Source: the human T2T-CHM13v2.0 reference genome, Homo sapiens. Taken from it: DNA of 64,000 bases. The position numbers were made by a program, and so were the translations under genes. The notes beneath the pieces were generated by a model, which was given only the letters and a program-made list of their open reading frames with translations, made no database searches and was not told the DNA's origin. Positions 1-14,575 of the stretch are shown here, piece after piece. Position 1 is the stretch's first letter, and each line of letters starts with the position of its first letter. The DNA is taken from assembly GCA_009914755.4 (NCBI GenBank), contig CP068257.2:7168001-7232000 (forward strand), read 5' to 3'.

Positions 1-3000
1 GAATTGAATTGAATGGAATGGAATCAAATGGAATGGAACCGAGTGGAATGGAACAGAATGTAATTGAGTCGACTAGAATGGAATGGAAAGGACTCAAATG
101 CAATGGAATCGAATGAAATGGAATGGATTGGACTCGAATGGAATGGACTCTTATATAATGGACGGGAAAGGAATAGTCTCGAGTGGAATGGACTCGAATG
201 GAATGGACTGGAATTAAATGAATTGGAATGGTATGGTCTCGAATTTAGTGGGATTGAATGGAATCGAATCTAATGGATTGGAATCAAATAGAATGGAACG
301 GAATGGTGTGGAATTGAATAAAATGGAGCGTAATGTAATCGAATGGAATGAAATGCACTCCAATGGAATGGACTCAAATGCAATGGAATCGAATGGAATT
401 TAATCGAATATAATGGAATCCAATGAAAAGAATTGGAAAGGAATGGAACGGAATTTACTCAAATGGAATACATTCAAATGGAATGGAATGGAAGGGAGTG
501 GAAGGAAATGGAATCAAATGAATTCGAATAAAATGCACTGAAAGAATAAAATCGAATGTAATAGAAGGGAATGGAATGGAATGGATTGGAACGGAATCGC
601 ATGTAATGGACTGGTACGGAATGGACTCGAATGGAATGGACTCTAAAGGAATGGAATGAAATGGAATGGAGTGGAAATGACTGGAATGGAATGGATTGGA
701 ATGGAATGGACTCAAATGGAATAGAATGGAATGGAATGGAATGGACAGGAATGGTATGGACTCCACTGGAGTGGACTCTAATGGAATGCAATCAAATGGA
801 AAGGGCTGGAATGCAATGCACTCCAATTAAATGTACTCGAACGGAATGGACTGGAAAGGCATGAACTTGAATAGAATGGGCTCCATTGGAATGCACTCAA
901 AATGAATGGAAACGAATGGAATGGAATGGAATGGAATGGAAAAGAATTGAATGAAATGGAATGGAATAGAATCAAATAGAACGGACTGGAATGGAATGGA
1001 ATTGAATGGAATGCACTCGAAAGGAATGGAATCAAATCGAATGGAATCGAATGGAGTGGAACAGAATGGAATGGAATGGAATGGAATGGAATAGAATGAG
1101 CTCCAATGGAATAGAATGGAATGGAATGGAAAGTAGTGGACTGGAATGGAATGGACTTCAAAGGAATGGACTAGAATGAAATGGTCTTGAAAGGAATGGA
1201 ATCGAATGGGATGGACTCAAATTGAATGGACTGGAGAGGAACAAACTTGAATGGAATGGAATTGAATGGAATGGGATTGAATGGAATGGAATTCAATGGA
1301 ATGGAGACAAATGGATTGGAGTGGAATGAAATGGAATGGAATGGAATCAAATGGAATGGAATCCAATAGAATACAATGGAATGGAATGGAATGGAATGGA
1401 ATGGAATGGACTTGAAAGTAATATACTGGAATGAAATTGACTCGAACGGAAAGGACTCGAATGCAATGGAATGCAATGCAATCTTATTGAATGGAATGGA
1501 ATCCAATGTAATGGAATGGAATGTACTGGAATTGAATGGACTCCAATGGAATAGAATAAAATCGAATGGAATGGAATGGAATGGAATTGAATCGAATGAA
1601 ATGGATTCGAAAGGAATGGACTGGATCGGAATGAAATGGAATGGAATGGAACGGACTCGAATGTAATCGAATGGATTGCAATGGACTCAAATGCAATGGA
1701 GTCGAAAAATATGGAATTGAAAGGAATGCAATCAAACCAAATGTAACCCTTTGGAATGGAATGAAATGGACTAGAATGGACTAGAAAGCAATAAACTTGT
1801 ATGCAATGAATTCCAATGGAATGGAAGCGAAAGGAAAGGTAATGAATTGAATGGAAATGAATCGAGTCAACTAGAAAGGAATGGAATGGAATAGAATGGA
1901 ATGGAATGGAATGGAATGGAATGGAATGGAACAGAATGGAACAGAATGGACACGAATGGAATGGACTCGAATGGAATTTAATCAAACGGAATAAAATGGA
2001 ATGGAATGTAGTAGAATGGAATGGAATGGAATGGACACAAATGGAATGGAATGGAATTCAATGGTTTCAAACGGAATGTAAAGTAATGGAATGGAATGGA
2101 ATACAATAGAAAGGAATAGATTCCAATGGAATGGACTGGAATGGAATGGAATCAAAAGGAATGGACTCCTTTGGAAAGGACTCTAATGGCATGCAACTGA
2201 ATGGATTAGACTGGAATGAAACGGACACGAAAGGAATGGACTTGAAGGGAAAGGTCTCGAATGGAATGGAATCAAAAGGTGTGGAATTGAAAATAATGGA
2301 CTCGAATTGAATGGATTGATATGGAAGGCTTTCGAATGGAATGGAATGGAATGGAATGCAATGGAATGAAATGGAATGGACATGCATGGATTGGACTTGA
2401 ATGGAAATTAATCAAACGGAATAGAATGGAATAGAATGGAGTGGAATGGAATAGAATGGAATGGACTGAAATGGAATACAATAGAATGGAATGGAATGGA
2501 TTCGAACTGAATGGAATGTAATGGAATGGATGGAATAGAATAGAAAGGAATAGATTCCAATGGAATGGACAGGAATGGAATGGAATCAAAACGAAAGGAC
2601 TCCTTCGGAACAGACTGTAATGGAATGCAATCAAATGGAATAGACTGGAATGAAATGGACTCGAAAGGAATGGACATGAATTGAAAAGTCTCGAATGGAA
2701 TGGAATCAAAAGGAGTGCAATTGAAAGTAATGAACTCGAATAGAATGGATTGGTATGGAAGAGTTTCGAATGGAATGGAGTGGAATGGAATGGAATGGAA
2801 TGCAATGGAATAGAATGGAATGCAATGAAATGGAATAGAATGGAATGGAATGGAATCGAATCAAATCTAATGGACTGGAATGGAACAGACTCGCATGGAT
2901 TGAACTCGAAAGGAATGGAATCCAATGGATTGGAAAGGAATGCAGTGGAATAGAATGGAATGGAATGGACTCGAAAGTGATGGACTGGAAAGGAATGGAC

Positions 3001-6000
3001 TCGAATTTTAATGGACTCTAATGGAATTGACTGGAATGGAATGGACACGAATGGAATAGACTCCACATGAATGGATTCGAATGGAATGCAATCGAAAGGA
3101 AGAGAACTGAATGGAATGGATTCGAATGGAATGGACTAAAATTGAATGGCCTGGAAAGGAAAAAGGAAAACAAAGGAATGGAATGCTCTGGAATTGAATG
3201 GAATCAAATGGCATGTAATGGAATGGAATTGAATGGAAAGGAATGGAATGAAATGGAACGGAATGGAATGGAATGGAATCGAATGGAATGGACTGAAATG
3301 GAATGGTATCAATTCAAATGGACACGAATGGAATGGAAGCGAATGGAAAGTAATCAAAAGGAATGCAATGGAATGGAATGGAAAGGATTCGAAAGAAATG
3401 GAATGGAATCAAATGGAATCGAACGGAATCAAATGGAATGGAATAGCATGGAATGGAATTGAACAGAATGGAATGGAATGGAATGGAATGGAAAGGAATG
3501 GAATGGACTCGAATGTAAATGTATGGAATGCAATAGACTCAAATGGAATGAACAGGAATGTAATGGAGTCACATGGAATGGACTCTAGTGGAATGGAATC
3601 AAATGGAATGGAATTGGATGGAATGGAATTGAATCTAGTTAAATCAAATAGAATGGAATGGAATATAATGTAAAGGAATAAAATGGAATTGAATGGAATG
3701 GAATGGACTCAAATGGAATGCAATGCAATGGAATGCATTGAATGCAATGGATTCAAACAGAATGTAAAGTAAAGCAATGTAAACGAATGGAAAGGAATGG
3801 AATGGAATGAAATGGAATAGAATGGCATGGAATAGAATAGAGTAGATACAAATGGATTGGTCTGGAATGGAATGGAATCGAAAGGATTGGAATGGAATGG
3901 AATAGAATGGAATGTACTCGAATGGAATGGACTGGAAAACAACGGACTCCAATGTAATGTATTCGAATGGAATGGACTGGAAACAATGGAATCCAATGTA
4001 ATGTACTCAAATGGAATGGACTGGAAAGGAATGAACTTGAATGGAATCAACTTCATTGGAATGGACTCGAATGGTATACACTGGAATTTAATGGACTTGA
4101 TTGGAATTTACACAAATGGAATGGAATGAAATTGAATGGAATGGAATGAGATTCAATGGAATGCATCAAAAGGAATGCAGTTGAATGGACAGGAATCGAA
4201 TGTAATGGAACTGAATAGAATGGACTTGAAAGTAAGGGACTGGAATGGAATGGTCTCCAATGGCAAAACATCGAATGGAATGGAACCAAATGGAATGGAA
4301 TGGACTGGAATGGTATAGAATGAACTGGAATATAATTGCATGGATTAGAATTGCCTCGAATGGAATGGAATGGAATGGAATGAAATCTAATGGAATGGAA
4401 TCAAAAAGAATGGAAACGAATGGAATGGACTGGAATAGGACGGTGTGGAATGGAATGGAATGGAATGGAATGGAATGGAATGGAATAGAATGGAAGGGAA
4501 TGGAATGGAACCAAATGGAATGGAATGGAAAGGATTAGAGTCGAATGCAATGGACTGGAACGGAATGGACTCGAATGGAATGGCCTTGAAAAGAAGGGAT
4601 TCAAATGGAATGGCATAGAATGGAATGGAATAGAATGGAATGGAAAGGAATGGAATTGAATGCGGTCGAATGGAGTGGAATGGAAAGGACTCGAAAGGAA
4701 TGGACTGGAATGGAATGGTTTCGAATAGAATGGAATGGAATGTTATGGACTCGATTTGAAAGGATTGGAATGGAACAGTCTGGAATGGAATGGAATGGAA
4801 TGGAATATAATGGAATGGAAAGGAATTGAATGGAATGGAAGCAAATGGAATGGAATGTAGTGGACTTGAATATAATATACTTGAATGGAATGGACTCGAA
4901 TGGAATGGACTCGAATGCAATGGAATCCGATTGAATGGAATGGAATGGAATGGAATGCACTGGAATGTAGTGGATTGGAATGGAATGGGATCCAATGGAA
5001 TGGACTCGAATGGTATGGATTCGAATGGAATGGAATCATATGGAAGGAAATGGAGTGGCATAGAAAGCAATGGAGTGGACTCGAATGGAATGGACTGGAA
5101 TGGAATGGACTGGAATTGACTCAAAATGAACGGACTCCATTGGAATAGACTCTAATGGAATGCAATCGAATGGAATGAACTGAAATTGAATGGACTCCAA
5201 AAAATGGACTGGAATGGAACAGTCTCGAATGGAATGGAATCAAATGGAGTGGAATTGAAAGAAGTGGACTCAACTTGAATGGATTGGTATGGAAGGGTTT
5301 CGAATGGAATGGAATTGAAAGGAATGTTACGGAATGGTTTGGAATGGAATGGAATGGAATGGAATGGCATGGAATGGAGTTGAATGTAATTGACTGGAAT
5401 GGAATGCATTTGAATGGAATGGACTCGAATAGATTGGACTCAAACGCAGTGGAATGGAATGGAATACAATGGAATGGAATGGAATGGATTTGTATGTAAT
5501 GGACTGGAATGGAATGGACTCGAATTGGAAAAGACTGAAAAGGAATGGACTGGAATGGAACGGACACACATGGAACGGACTCCACTGGAATGGAATCGAA
5601 CGGAACACATTCGAATTGAATAAAATCGAATGGAATGGAATCGAATGGAATGGACTCAATTCAAATGGACTCAAATGGAATGGAATCGAATGGAATGTAT
5701 TCAAATGGAATGCAGTGGACTGGAATGGAATGGATTTGAATAGAATTGACTGGAATGGAATGAAATCGAATGGAATCGAACGGAATGAAATTGCTTGGTG
5801 TGGATTTGAAAGGAATGCAATCGATTGGAATGGAATAGAATGGAATGGAATGGATTGGAGTGGAATGGAATGGAATGGATTGGAATGGAATGGAATGAAA
5901 AGGAATGGAATGGAAAGGACTCGAGTGTAATCAAAAGGAATGCAATGGACTAGAATGGAATGGACTTGAAAACAATGGAATAGAATGTATTGGAAATGAA

Positions 6001-8000
6001 CAGAATGGAATCCAATGAAATAGAATAGAATGGATTGGATTGGATTGGAATACACTGGAAAGTAATAAATTCGAACACAATTAACTTAAATGGAATGGAA
6101 GTGAATGGAATGGAATTGATTGGAATGGAATCGAATCGAGTTGAATGGAAAGGAACGGAATGGAATGGAATGCAGACGAATGGAATGGAATCAAACGGAA
6201 TAGAATGGAATGGAATGCAAAGGAATGGAATGGAAAGGAATGGACTCAACTCTAATGGAATGGAATGGAATGCAATAGAATGGATTTGAACACAATGGAA
6301 TGGAATGAAATCGAAAGGAATGGAATGGAGTTGAATGGAATGGAATGGAATGGAATGGATTTCAATTGAATGGACTGGAATGGAATGAAATGGAATGGAA
6401 TGGAATGGAATTCAATGGAATAGAATGGAATTAAATGGACAACAATGGAATGGACTGCAATAGAATGGAGTCGAATGGAATGGACTCAAAAGGAATGGAC
6501 CCGAATGGAATGGAATGGAATCAAACGGAATGGAATGGAATGGATTGGAATAGACTCGAGTGGAATCGATTGGAATGGAATGGAAAGAAAGGAATGGAAT
6601 GGTATGAAATAGAATCGAATGGAATGGAATCGACTGAAATGGAAACGAATGGCATGGAATCAAAAGGAATGGATTGGCATGGAATGGAATCGAATGGAAT
6701 CGAATGGAATCGAAAGAAATGGACAGGAATGCAATCGAAATGAAAGGAATGAAATTGCATGGAATGGAATTGAACGGAATTGAATCAAATGGAATGGAAT
6801 GGAATGGAATGGAATTGAAAATAATGGAATCGAATAGAAAGAAATATGATACAATGGAATGGAATGGCATTGACACGAATGGAATGGATTCGAATGGAAT
6901 AGACTGGAATGGAATGGAATCAAATGGAATGGAATTGAATGGAATGGATTCGAATGGAATGGAATCAAATGGAATAAAATCGAAAAGAAAGTAATGAAAT
7001 GGAATAGAAGGGAACGGAATAGAATGGAATGGATTGGAATGGATTGCAATGGAATGGAATGGAATATAATAGACTGGAAAGGAATGGACTCCAATGGAAC
7101 GGATAAGAATGGAATGAAATCTAATGGAATGGAGTGGAATGGAAAGGACTCGAATGGAATGGAATCTAATGGAATGGAATGCAATTGACTGGAATGGAAT
7201 CAAATCTAATTGAATCACATGTAATGGAATCAAATAGGAGGATATGGAATGGAATGGACTCAAATGTAATGGAATGGAATGGAATGGAATGGAATGGAAT
7301 ATAATGGAATCGAATGAAATGGAAAGGAATGGCATGGAATGGAAAGTAATGGAATGGCATGGAATGAAATGGAATGAAAGGAATCAAATGAAATGCAAAG
7401 GAATGGAATGGAATCGAAAGGAAAGAAATGGCATGAAATGGAATAGAACGGAATGGAATCAAATGGAATAGAATCTAATGGAATCGAAAGGAATGGAATC
7501 AAATGGAATGGAATGGATTCCAATGGAATGGACTGGAAAAGTATGCAATGGAATGGAATGCAAAGGAATGGATTTGAATGGAAAGGAAAGGAACTAAATG
7601 CAATGGAATCGAATGGAATCGAATGGAATTGAATGGAATGGAATTGAATGGAATGAACTGGAATTGAATGGAAACGAAGGGAAACAAAGGGAATGAAACA
7701 GCATGGAATGGAATCGAAGCCAAAGGAATACCATGGAATGGAATAGAACGGAATGGAATCAAATGGAATAGAGTATGATGGAATGGAAAGGAATGGAATG
7801 GAATGGAATGGATTCCAATGAAATGGAACGGAAAAGAATGTAATTGAATGGAATGGGTTGGAATGCACTCGATAGGAATGGAATGGAATGGAAATGAATG
7901 GAAGATAATTTAATGGAATGGAATGCAATTAAATCGAATGGAAAGGAATGGCGTGGAATGGAATTGAATGGAACTGAATGGAATGGAATGGAACTGAATG
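1..8000. repeat. Divergent GGAAT-satellite subfamily (domain A): CAACCCGAGT essentially absent; enriched for GGACTCGAATGGAATGG, AATCGAATGGAAT, ACTCAAATGCAATGG, GGACTGGAATGG variants
   Basis: Seen in sequence: the first CAACCC occurrences appear only at ~8.1-8.25 kb (catcccgaatgg at ~8125, caacccaagagg at ~8243). Upstream units are more heterogeneous and richer in TCGAATGG. The boundary is fuzzy, about +/-250 bp. Confidence 0.7.
2095..2960. repeat. Two tandem copies of a ~433-bp higher-order unit within domain A (approx. 85-90 % identical)
   Basis: aaaggaatagattccaatggaatggac occurs at ~2111 and ~2544. After each copy come ggactcctt[tc]gga, atggacatg and the landmark gaatggattg[ag]tatggaag..tttcgaatgg (2322, 2745). 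The landmark recurs at ~5283. Confidence 0.6.
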
Positions 8001-11000
8001 GAATGGAATGGACTCCAATGTAATGGTCTCGAGTGGAATGGACTCGAGTGGAATGGAATGGAATGGAAAGGAATGCAATGCAATCAACTGGAATGGAATG
8101 GAATGGAAAGGAATGGAATGAAATCATCCCGAATGGAATGGAATGGAATGGGCAGGAATGGAATGGATTTGAATGGAATGGAATCAAATGGAAAGGAATG
8201 GAATGAAATGGAATGGAATGGATTGGAATGGCATGGAATGGAATCAACCCAAGAGGAAAGGAATGGAATGGAATGGAGTTATCTCGAGTGGAATGGAATG
8301 GAATGGAATCAACACGAGTGGAATGGAATGGAATGGAATGCAATGGTATGGAATCAACCCGAGTGGAATAGTATGGAATGGAATGGAATGGAAAGGAACG
8401 GAATGGAATAAAATGGAATGGAATGGAATGGAATCAACCCGAGTGAAATGGAATTGAATAGAATGGAATGTAAACAACCCGAGTGGAATGGAATGGAATG
8501 TAATGGAATGGAGTGGAATGGAATGCAATGGAATCAACCCGAGTGGAATGTAATGTAATGGAATGGAATGGAATGGAATGGAATCAACCCGAGTGGAACG
8601 GAATGGAATGGAAAGCAAAGGAATGGAATGGAATGGAATGGAATGGAATGGAATGGAATGGAATTCATTGGAATCAACTGGAATGGAATGGAATGGAATC
8701 AATCCGGGTTGAATGGAATGCAATGGAATGGAGGCGAATGGAACGCAGTGGAGTGTAATGGAATCAATTGGAATGGACTGAAATGGAATGGAATGGAATG
8801 GAAAGCAATGGAATGGAATGGAATAAAACCGAGTGGAATGCAATGGAATGGAATTGGATGGAATGGAACGGAGTGGAATCAACCCAAGTGGAATGGATTG
8901 GAATGGATTGGAATGGAATGGAAAGGCATCGAATGCAAAGGAATCAACTAGAATGGAATGGAATGGAATGGAATGGAATCAACCTGAGTGGAATGGAATG
9001 GAATGGAATGAATGGAATGAAATGAATGGAAACTAATGGAATTGAATGGAAACAACCCGAGTGGAATGGAATGCGATGGAATGCACTGGAATGGAATGGA
9101 ATGGAATGAAATGGAATGGAATTCAACATAATGGAAACAATCCGAGTGGAATGGATTGGAATGGAAAGGACTGAAATGTAATGGAATGGATTGGAATCAA
9201 ACCGATTCCAATGCAGTGGAATGGAATGGAATGGAATGGAATGGAATGGAATGGAAAGCAATTTGATGGGAAAGAATGGAACGAACTGGAATGGAATGGA
9301 ATGGAATATAATTGAATGGAATAGAATGGAATGGTATGGAATCAACCCGAGTGGAGTGGAATGGAATGGAAAGGAAATGAATGGAATGGAATGGAACAGA
9401 ATGGAATTAACTCCAGGTGAATGGAATTCAATGGCATGGAATGGAATGGAATCAACCCGAGTGGAATGGATTGGAATGGAATGCAATGGAATGCAATGGA
9501 ATGGAATGCATTGGAAACAAATGGAATGGAATGGAATGCACTGGAATCAACTGGAATGGAATGGAATGGAATGGAATAGAATGGAATGGAATGGAATGGA
9601 ATGGAATCAAACCAGGTTGAATGGAATGGAATGGAATGGAATAGAGTGGAATGGAATGCAATGGAGTAGAATGGAATGGTATGGAATAGAATGGAGTCAA
9701 AGTGAATGGAATGGAATGGAATGGAATGGAATCAACTGGAATGGAATGGAATGGAATGGAATGTAAAGGAATGGAATGGAATGGAATGGAATGGAATCAA
9801 CCCGAGTGGAGGGGAATGGAATGGAATGGAAATGAATGGAATGGAATAAAATGGAACGGAATGGAATGAACCCGAGTGGAATGGAATTGAATAGAATGTA
9901 ATGGAATGGAAAGGAACGGAATGGAATGGAATGGAATGGAATGGAATGGAATGGAATGGAATGGAATGAACAAAAGTGGAATGGAATGGAATGGAATGGA
10001 TTGGAATGGAATGGAATGGAATCAACCCGAGTGGAATAGAATGGAATGGAATGGAGTGGAATGGAATGGAATTGAATGGAATATAATGGAGTGGAATGGA
10101 AGGGGAAGGAATGGAATGGAATGGAATGGAATGGGATGGAACAGAATGGAAAGGAATTAACCTGAATGGAAGAAATGGAATCGAATGGAATGGAACAGAA
10201 TGGAAGGGAATCAAACCGAGTGGAATGGAATGGAATGGAATGGAAAGGAATGGAATTCAATGGAATGCAATGGAATGGTATGGAATCAACCCGAGTGGAA
10301 TAGTATGGAATGGAATGGAATGGAACGGAATGGAATGGAATAAAATGGAATGGAATGGAATGGAATCAACCCGAGTGAAATGGAATGGAATAGAATGCAA
10401 TGGAAACAACCCGAGTGGAATGGAATTGAATGCAATGGAATGGAGTGGATTTGAATCAACCAGAGTGGAATGGAATGGAATGGAACGCAATGGAATGGAA
10501 TTGAATGGAATGGAATGCATTGGAATCAACTGGAATGGAATGGAATGGAATGGAATGGAATGGAATTGAATGGAATCAATCCGGGTTGAATGGAACGGAA
10601 TGGAATGGAGTCGAAAGGAACGCAATGCATTGGAATGGAATGGAATGGAATGGAATTGACTCAACCAGAATGGAATGGAATGGAATGCAATGGTATGGAA
10701 TGGAAAGGAATGCTATGGAAACAACCCGAGTGGAATGGAAATGAATGGAATGGAATGGAATGGAATGAACCCAAGTGGAATAGAATGGAATGGAAGGCAA
10801 CGGAGTCAACCCGAGTGGAATAGAATGGAAAGGAATGGAATGCAATGGAATGGAATGGAATGGAATGGAATGGAATGGAATGGAATCCACCAGAGTGGAA
10901 TGGAACGGAATGGCATGGAATGGAATGGAATGGAATGGAATCGAACGGAATGGAAAGGAATGGCATGGAATGGAATGGAATGCAATGGAATTGAATGGAA

Positions 11001-14000
11001 AGGAATGGAACGGAACAGAATGGAATGGAATAAAATGGAATGAACCTGAATGGAATGGAAGGAATGAACCCGAACGGAAAGGAATTGAATGGAATGGATT
11101 GGAATGGAATGGAATGGAATCAACCTGAGTGGAACGGAATGGAATGGAATAGAGTGGAATGGAATGGAAATGAATGGAATGGAATTGAATAGAATGGAAT
11201 GGAATGGAATGGAATGGAATGGAATTGAATCAACCGGAATGGAATGGAATGGAATGGAATGGAATGGAATGGAATGCAATGGAATCAAACCGAGTAGAAT
11301 GGAATGGAATGGAATGGAAAGGAAGGGAAAGAAATGGAAAGGAATGGAATGGATTGGTATGGAATCAACATTAGTGGAATGGAATGGAATGGAATGGAAT
11401 GGAATGGAATGGAATGGAACATAATGGAATGGAATAAAACGGAATGGAATGCAATGGAATGAACCCGAATGAAATGGATTGGAAGGGAATGGAAAGGAAT
11501 CAAACCGAGTGGAATGGAATTGAATGGAATGGAATGGAATGGAATGGAATGGAATCACCACCAGTGGAATGGAATGGAACGGAATGAAATCAACCCGAGT
11601 GGAATGGAATGGAATGGAATGGAATGGAATGGAATGGAATGGAATAACACCGAGTGTAATGGAAGGGAATGGAATGGATTGGAATACACGCCAGTGGAAT
11701 GGAAAGGAATGGAATGGAACAGAAGGCAATGGAATCAACTGGAATGGAAAGGAATGGAATGGAATGGAATGGAATCAACACGAGTGGAATGGAATGGAAT
11801 GCAAAGGAAAGGAATGGAATGGAATGGAATGGAATGGAATGGAATCAACCCGAGTGGAATGCTATGTAATGGTATGGAATGGAATGGAATAAAATGGATT
11901 GGAAAGGAATGGCATCAACCCCACTGAAACGGAATGGAATGGAATGAAATGGATTCAACCCGAGTGGAATGGACTGGAATGGAAAGCAATGGAATGGAAT
12001 GGAATGGAATGGAATAGAATCAACCCGAGTGGAATGGAAAGGAATGGAATGCAATGGAATGGAATGGAATGCAATGGACTCAACTGGGATGGAATGGAAT
12101 GGATTTTAATACAATGAACGGTATCAACATGAGTGGAATGGAATGGAATGGAATGGAATGGAAAATAATTGAACGGAATGGAAGCAACCTGAGTGGAATG
12201 GAATGCAAAGGAATTGAAAGGAATGGAATGGAAAGCAATGGAATTCAAAGGAATGTAATAAACTCGAGTGGAACGGAATGGAGTGGAATGGATTGGAATG
12301 GATTGGAATGGAAAGAAATTCAACGGAATGGATTCAACCAGAATGGAATGGAATGGAATGGAATGGAATGCGACGGAATGGATTGGAACGGAATGAAATG
12401 GAATCCACCCGAGTCGAATGGAATGGAATGGAATGGAATGGAATGGAATAGAATCAACTGGAATTGAACTAATGGAATGGAATGGAATGGAATGGAATCA
12501 ACCCGATAGGAATTGAATCGAATCTAATGGAGTTATACCGAGTGGAATGGAATGGAATGGAATCAACCCGAGAGCAATGGAATGGAATGGAATGGAATGG
12601 AATGGAATGGAATGGAATGGAATGGAATTGAATTAACCAGAGAGGCATGGAATGGAATGGAATGGAATGGTATGGAATGGAATAGAATGGAATGGAATAA
12701 ACTCGAGGGGAAAGGAATGGATTGGAAGGGAATGGAATGGAATGGAAAGGAATGGAATGCAATGGAATAGAATGGTATGGAATGGAGTCAACCAGAGAGG
12801 AATGGAATGAAATGGAATTGAATGGAATGGAATGAAATGCAATCGAATGGAGTCGAATGGAATAAACACCTAAGGAATGGAATGGAACGGAATGGATAGG
12901 AGTGGAATGGAATGGAATGGAATGACCTGGAATGGAATGGAATGGAATGAAATCAAACAGAGTGGAATGGAATGGAATGGAATGGAATCAACTGGTATGG
13001 AATGAAATGGAATGGAATGGAATGGAATGCAATGGAATGGAATGGAATGGAATCAACCCGAGTGGAATGCAATGGAATGGAATGGAATGGAGTGGAATGT
13101 AATAAACCCTAGTGGAATGGATTGGAATGGAGTGGAATGGAATGGGACGGCATCGAATGCAATGAAATCAACTAGAATGGAATGGAATGGCATGGAACAG
13201 AATCAACCTGATTAGAATGGAATGGAATGGAATGGAATGAATGGAATGCAATGAATGGAAACTAATGGAATGGAATGAAAACCACCCGAGTGGAATGGAA
13301 TGCAATGGAATGCAATGGAATGGAATGGAATGGAATGGAATTCAACATAATGGAAACAAACCGAGTGGAATGGAATGGAATGGAAAGGACTGAAATGAAA
13401 TGGAATGGATTGGAACCAACCCGTTTCCAATGCAATGGAATGGAATGGACTGGAATGGACTGGACGGGAATGGAATGGGATGGAAAGGAATGGAATTAAA
13501 TGGAATGGAATGGAATGGAATGGAATATAATTGAATGTAATGGAATGGAATGGAATGGAATCAACCCAAGTGGAGTGGAAGGGACTGGAACGGAAATGAA
13601 TGGAATGGAATGGAATGGAATGGAATTAACTTGAGGTGAATGGAATGGAATGGCATGGAATGGAATGGAATCAACCAGAGTGGAATGGAATGGAATGGAA
13701 TGCAATGGAATGGAATGGAATGGAATGCATTGGAATCAACTGGAATGGAATAGAATGGAATTGAATGGAATGCAATGGAATCAACTGGAATGGAATGGAA
13801 TGGAATCAATCCGCATTGAATGGAATGGAATGGAATGGAGTAGAATGGAACACAATGGAGTAGAATGGAATGGAATGGAACGGAATAGAATGGAGTCAAC
13901 ACGAATGGAATGGAATGGAATGGAATGGTATGGAATGGAATGGAATGGAATGGAACGGAATGCTGTTTAATCAACCCGAGTGGAAGGGAAATGAATGGAA

Positions 14001-14505
14001 TGGAATGGAATGGAATGGAATGGATTCAACCCAAGTGGAATGGAATGAAATGGAATGCAACGGAATCAAACCGAGGGGTATGGAATGGAAAAGAATTGAA
14101 TGGATGGTATGGAATGGAAAGGAATGGAATGGAATCAACCTAAGAGGAATAGAATGGTATGGAATGGAATGGAATGGAATGGAATCAACCCGAGTGTAAT
14201 GGAATTGAAAGGAATGGAATGCATTTGGATGCAATGGTATCAAATGGAATGGAATGGAATGGAATGGATTGGAATAGAATGGAATGGATTGGAATGGAAT
14301 GGAATGGTATGGAATCAAACCGAGTGGAATGGTATGGAATATAATGGAATGGAACGGAATGGACAGGAATAAAATGGAAAGGAATGGAATAGAATCAACC
14401 CGACGGAAATAGAATGGAATGGAATGGAATGTAATAAAACCGATTGGTATAGAGTTGAATGGAATGGAATGGAATGGAATGGAATCAACCCGAGTGGAAT
14501 GGAGT

Positions 14506-14575
14506 GGAATGGAATGGAATGGAATGGAATGGAATGGAATGGAATGGAATGGAATGGAATGGAATGGAATGGAAT
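14506..14575 (+). repeat. Example of an uninterrupted perfect (GGAAT)14 tract
   Basis: Direct reading of lines 14501-14580. Similar pure tracts sit at ~16331-16385 and ~9919-9966. Confidence 0.9.

Noticed and set aside
1-8000. Calling the upstream domain Satellite II (HSat2)
   Set aside because: It has CGAATGG-rich units, but I do not see the HSat2-typical ATCATCGAATGGAAT / CATTCGATGAT signatures. It is safer to call it a divergent GGAAT-family subfamily.
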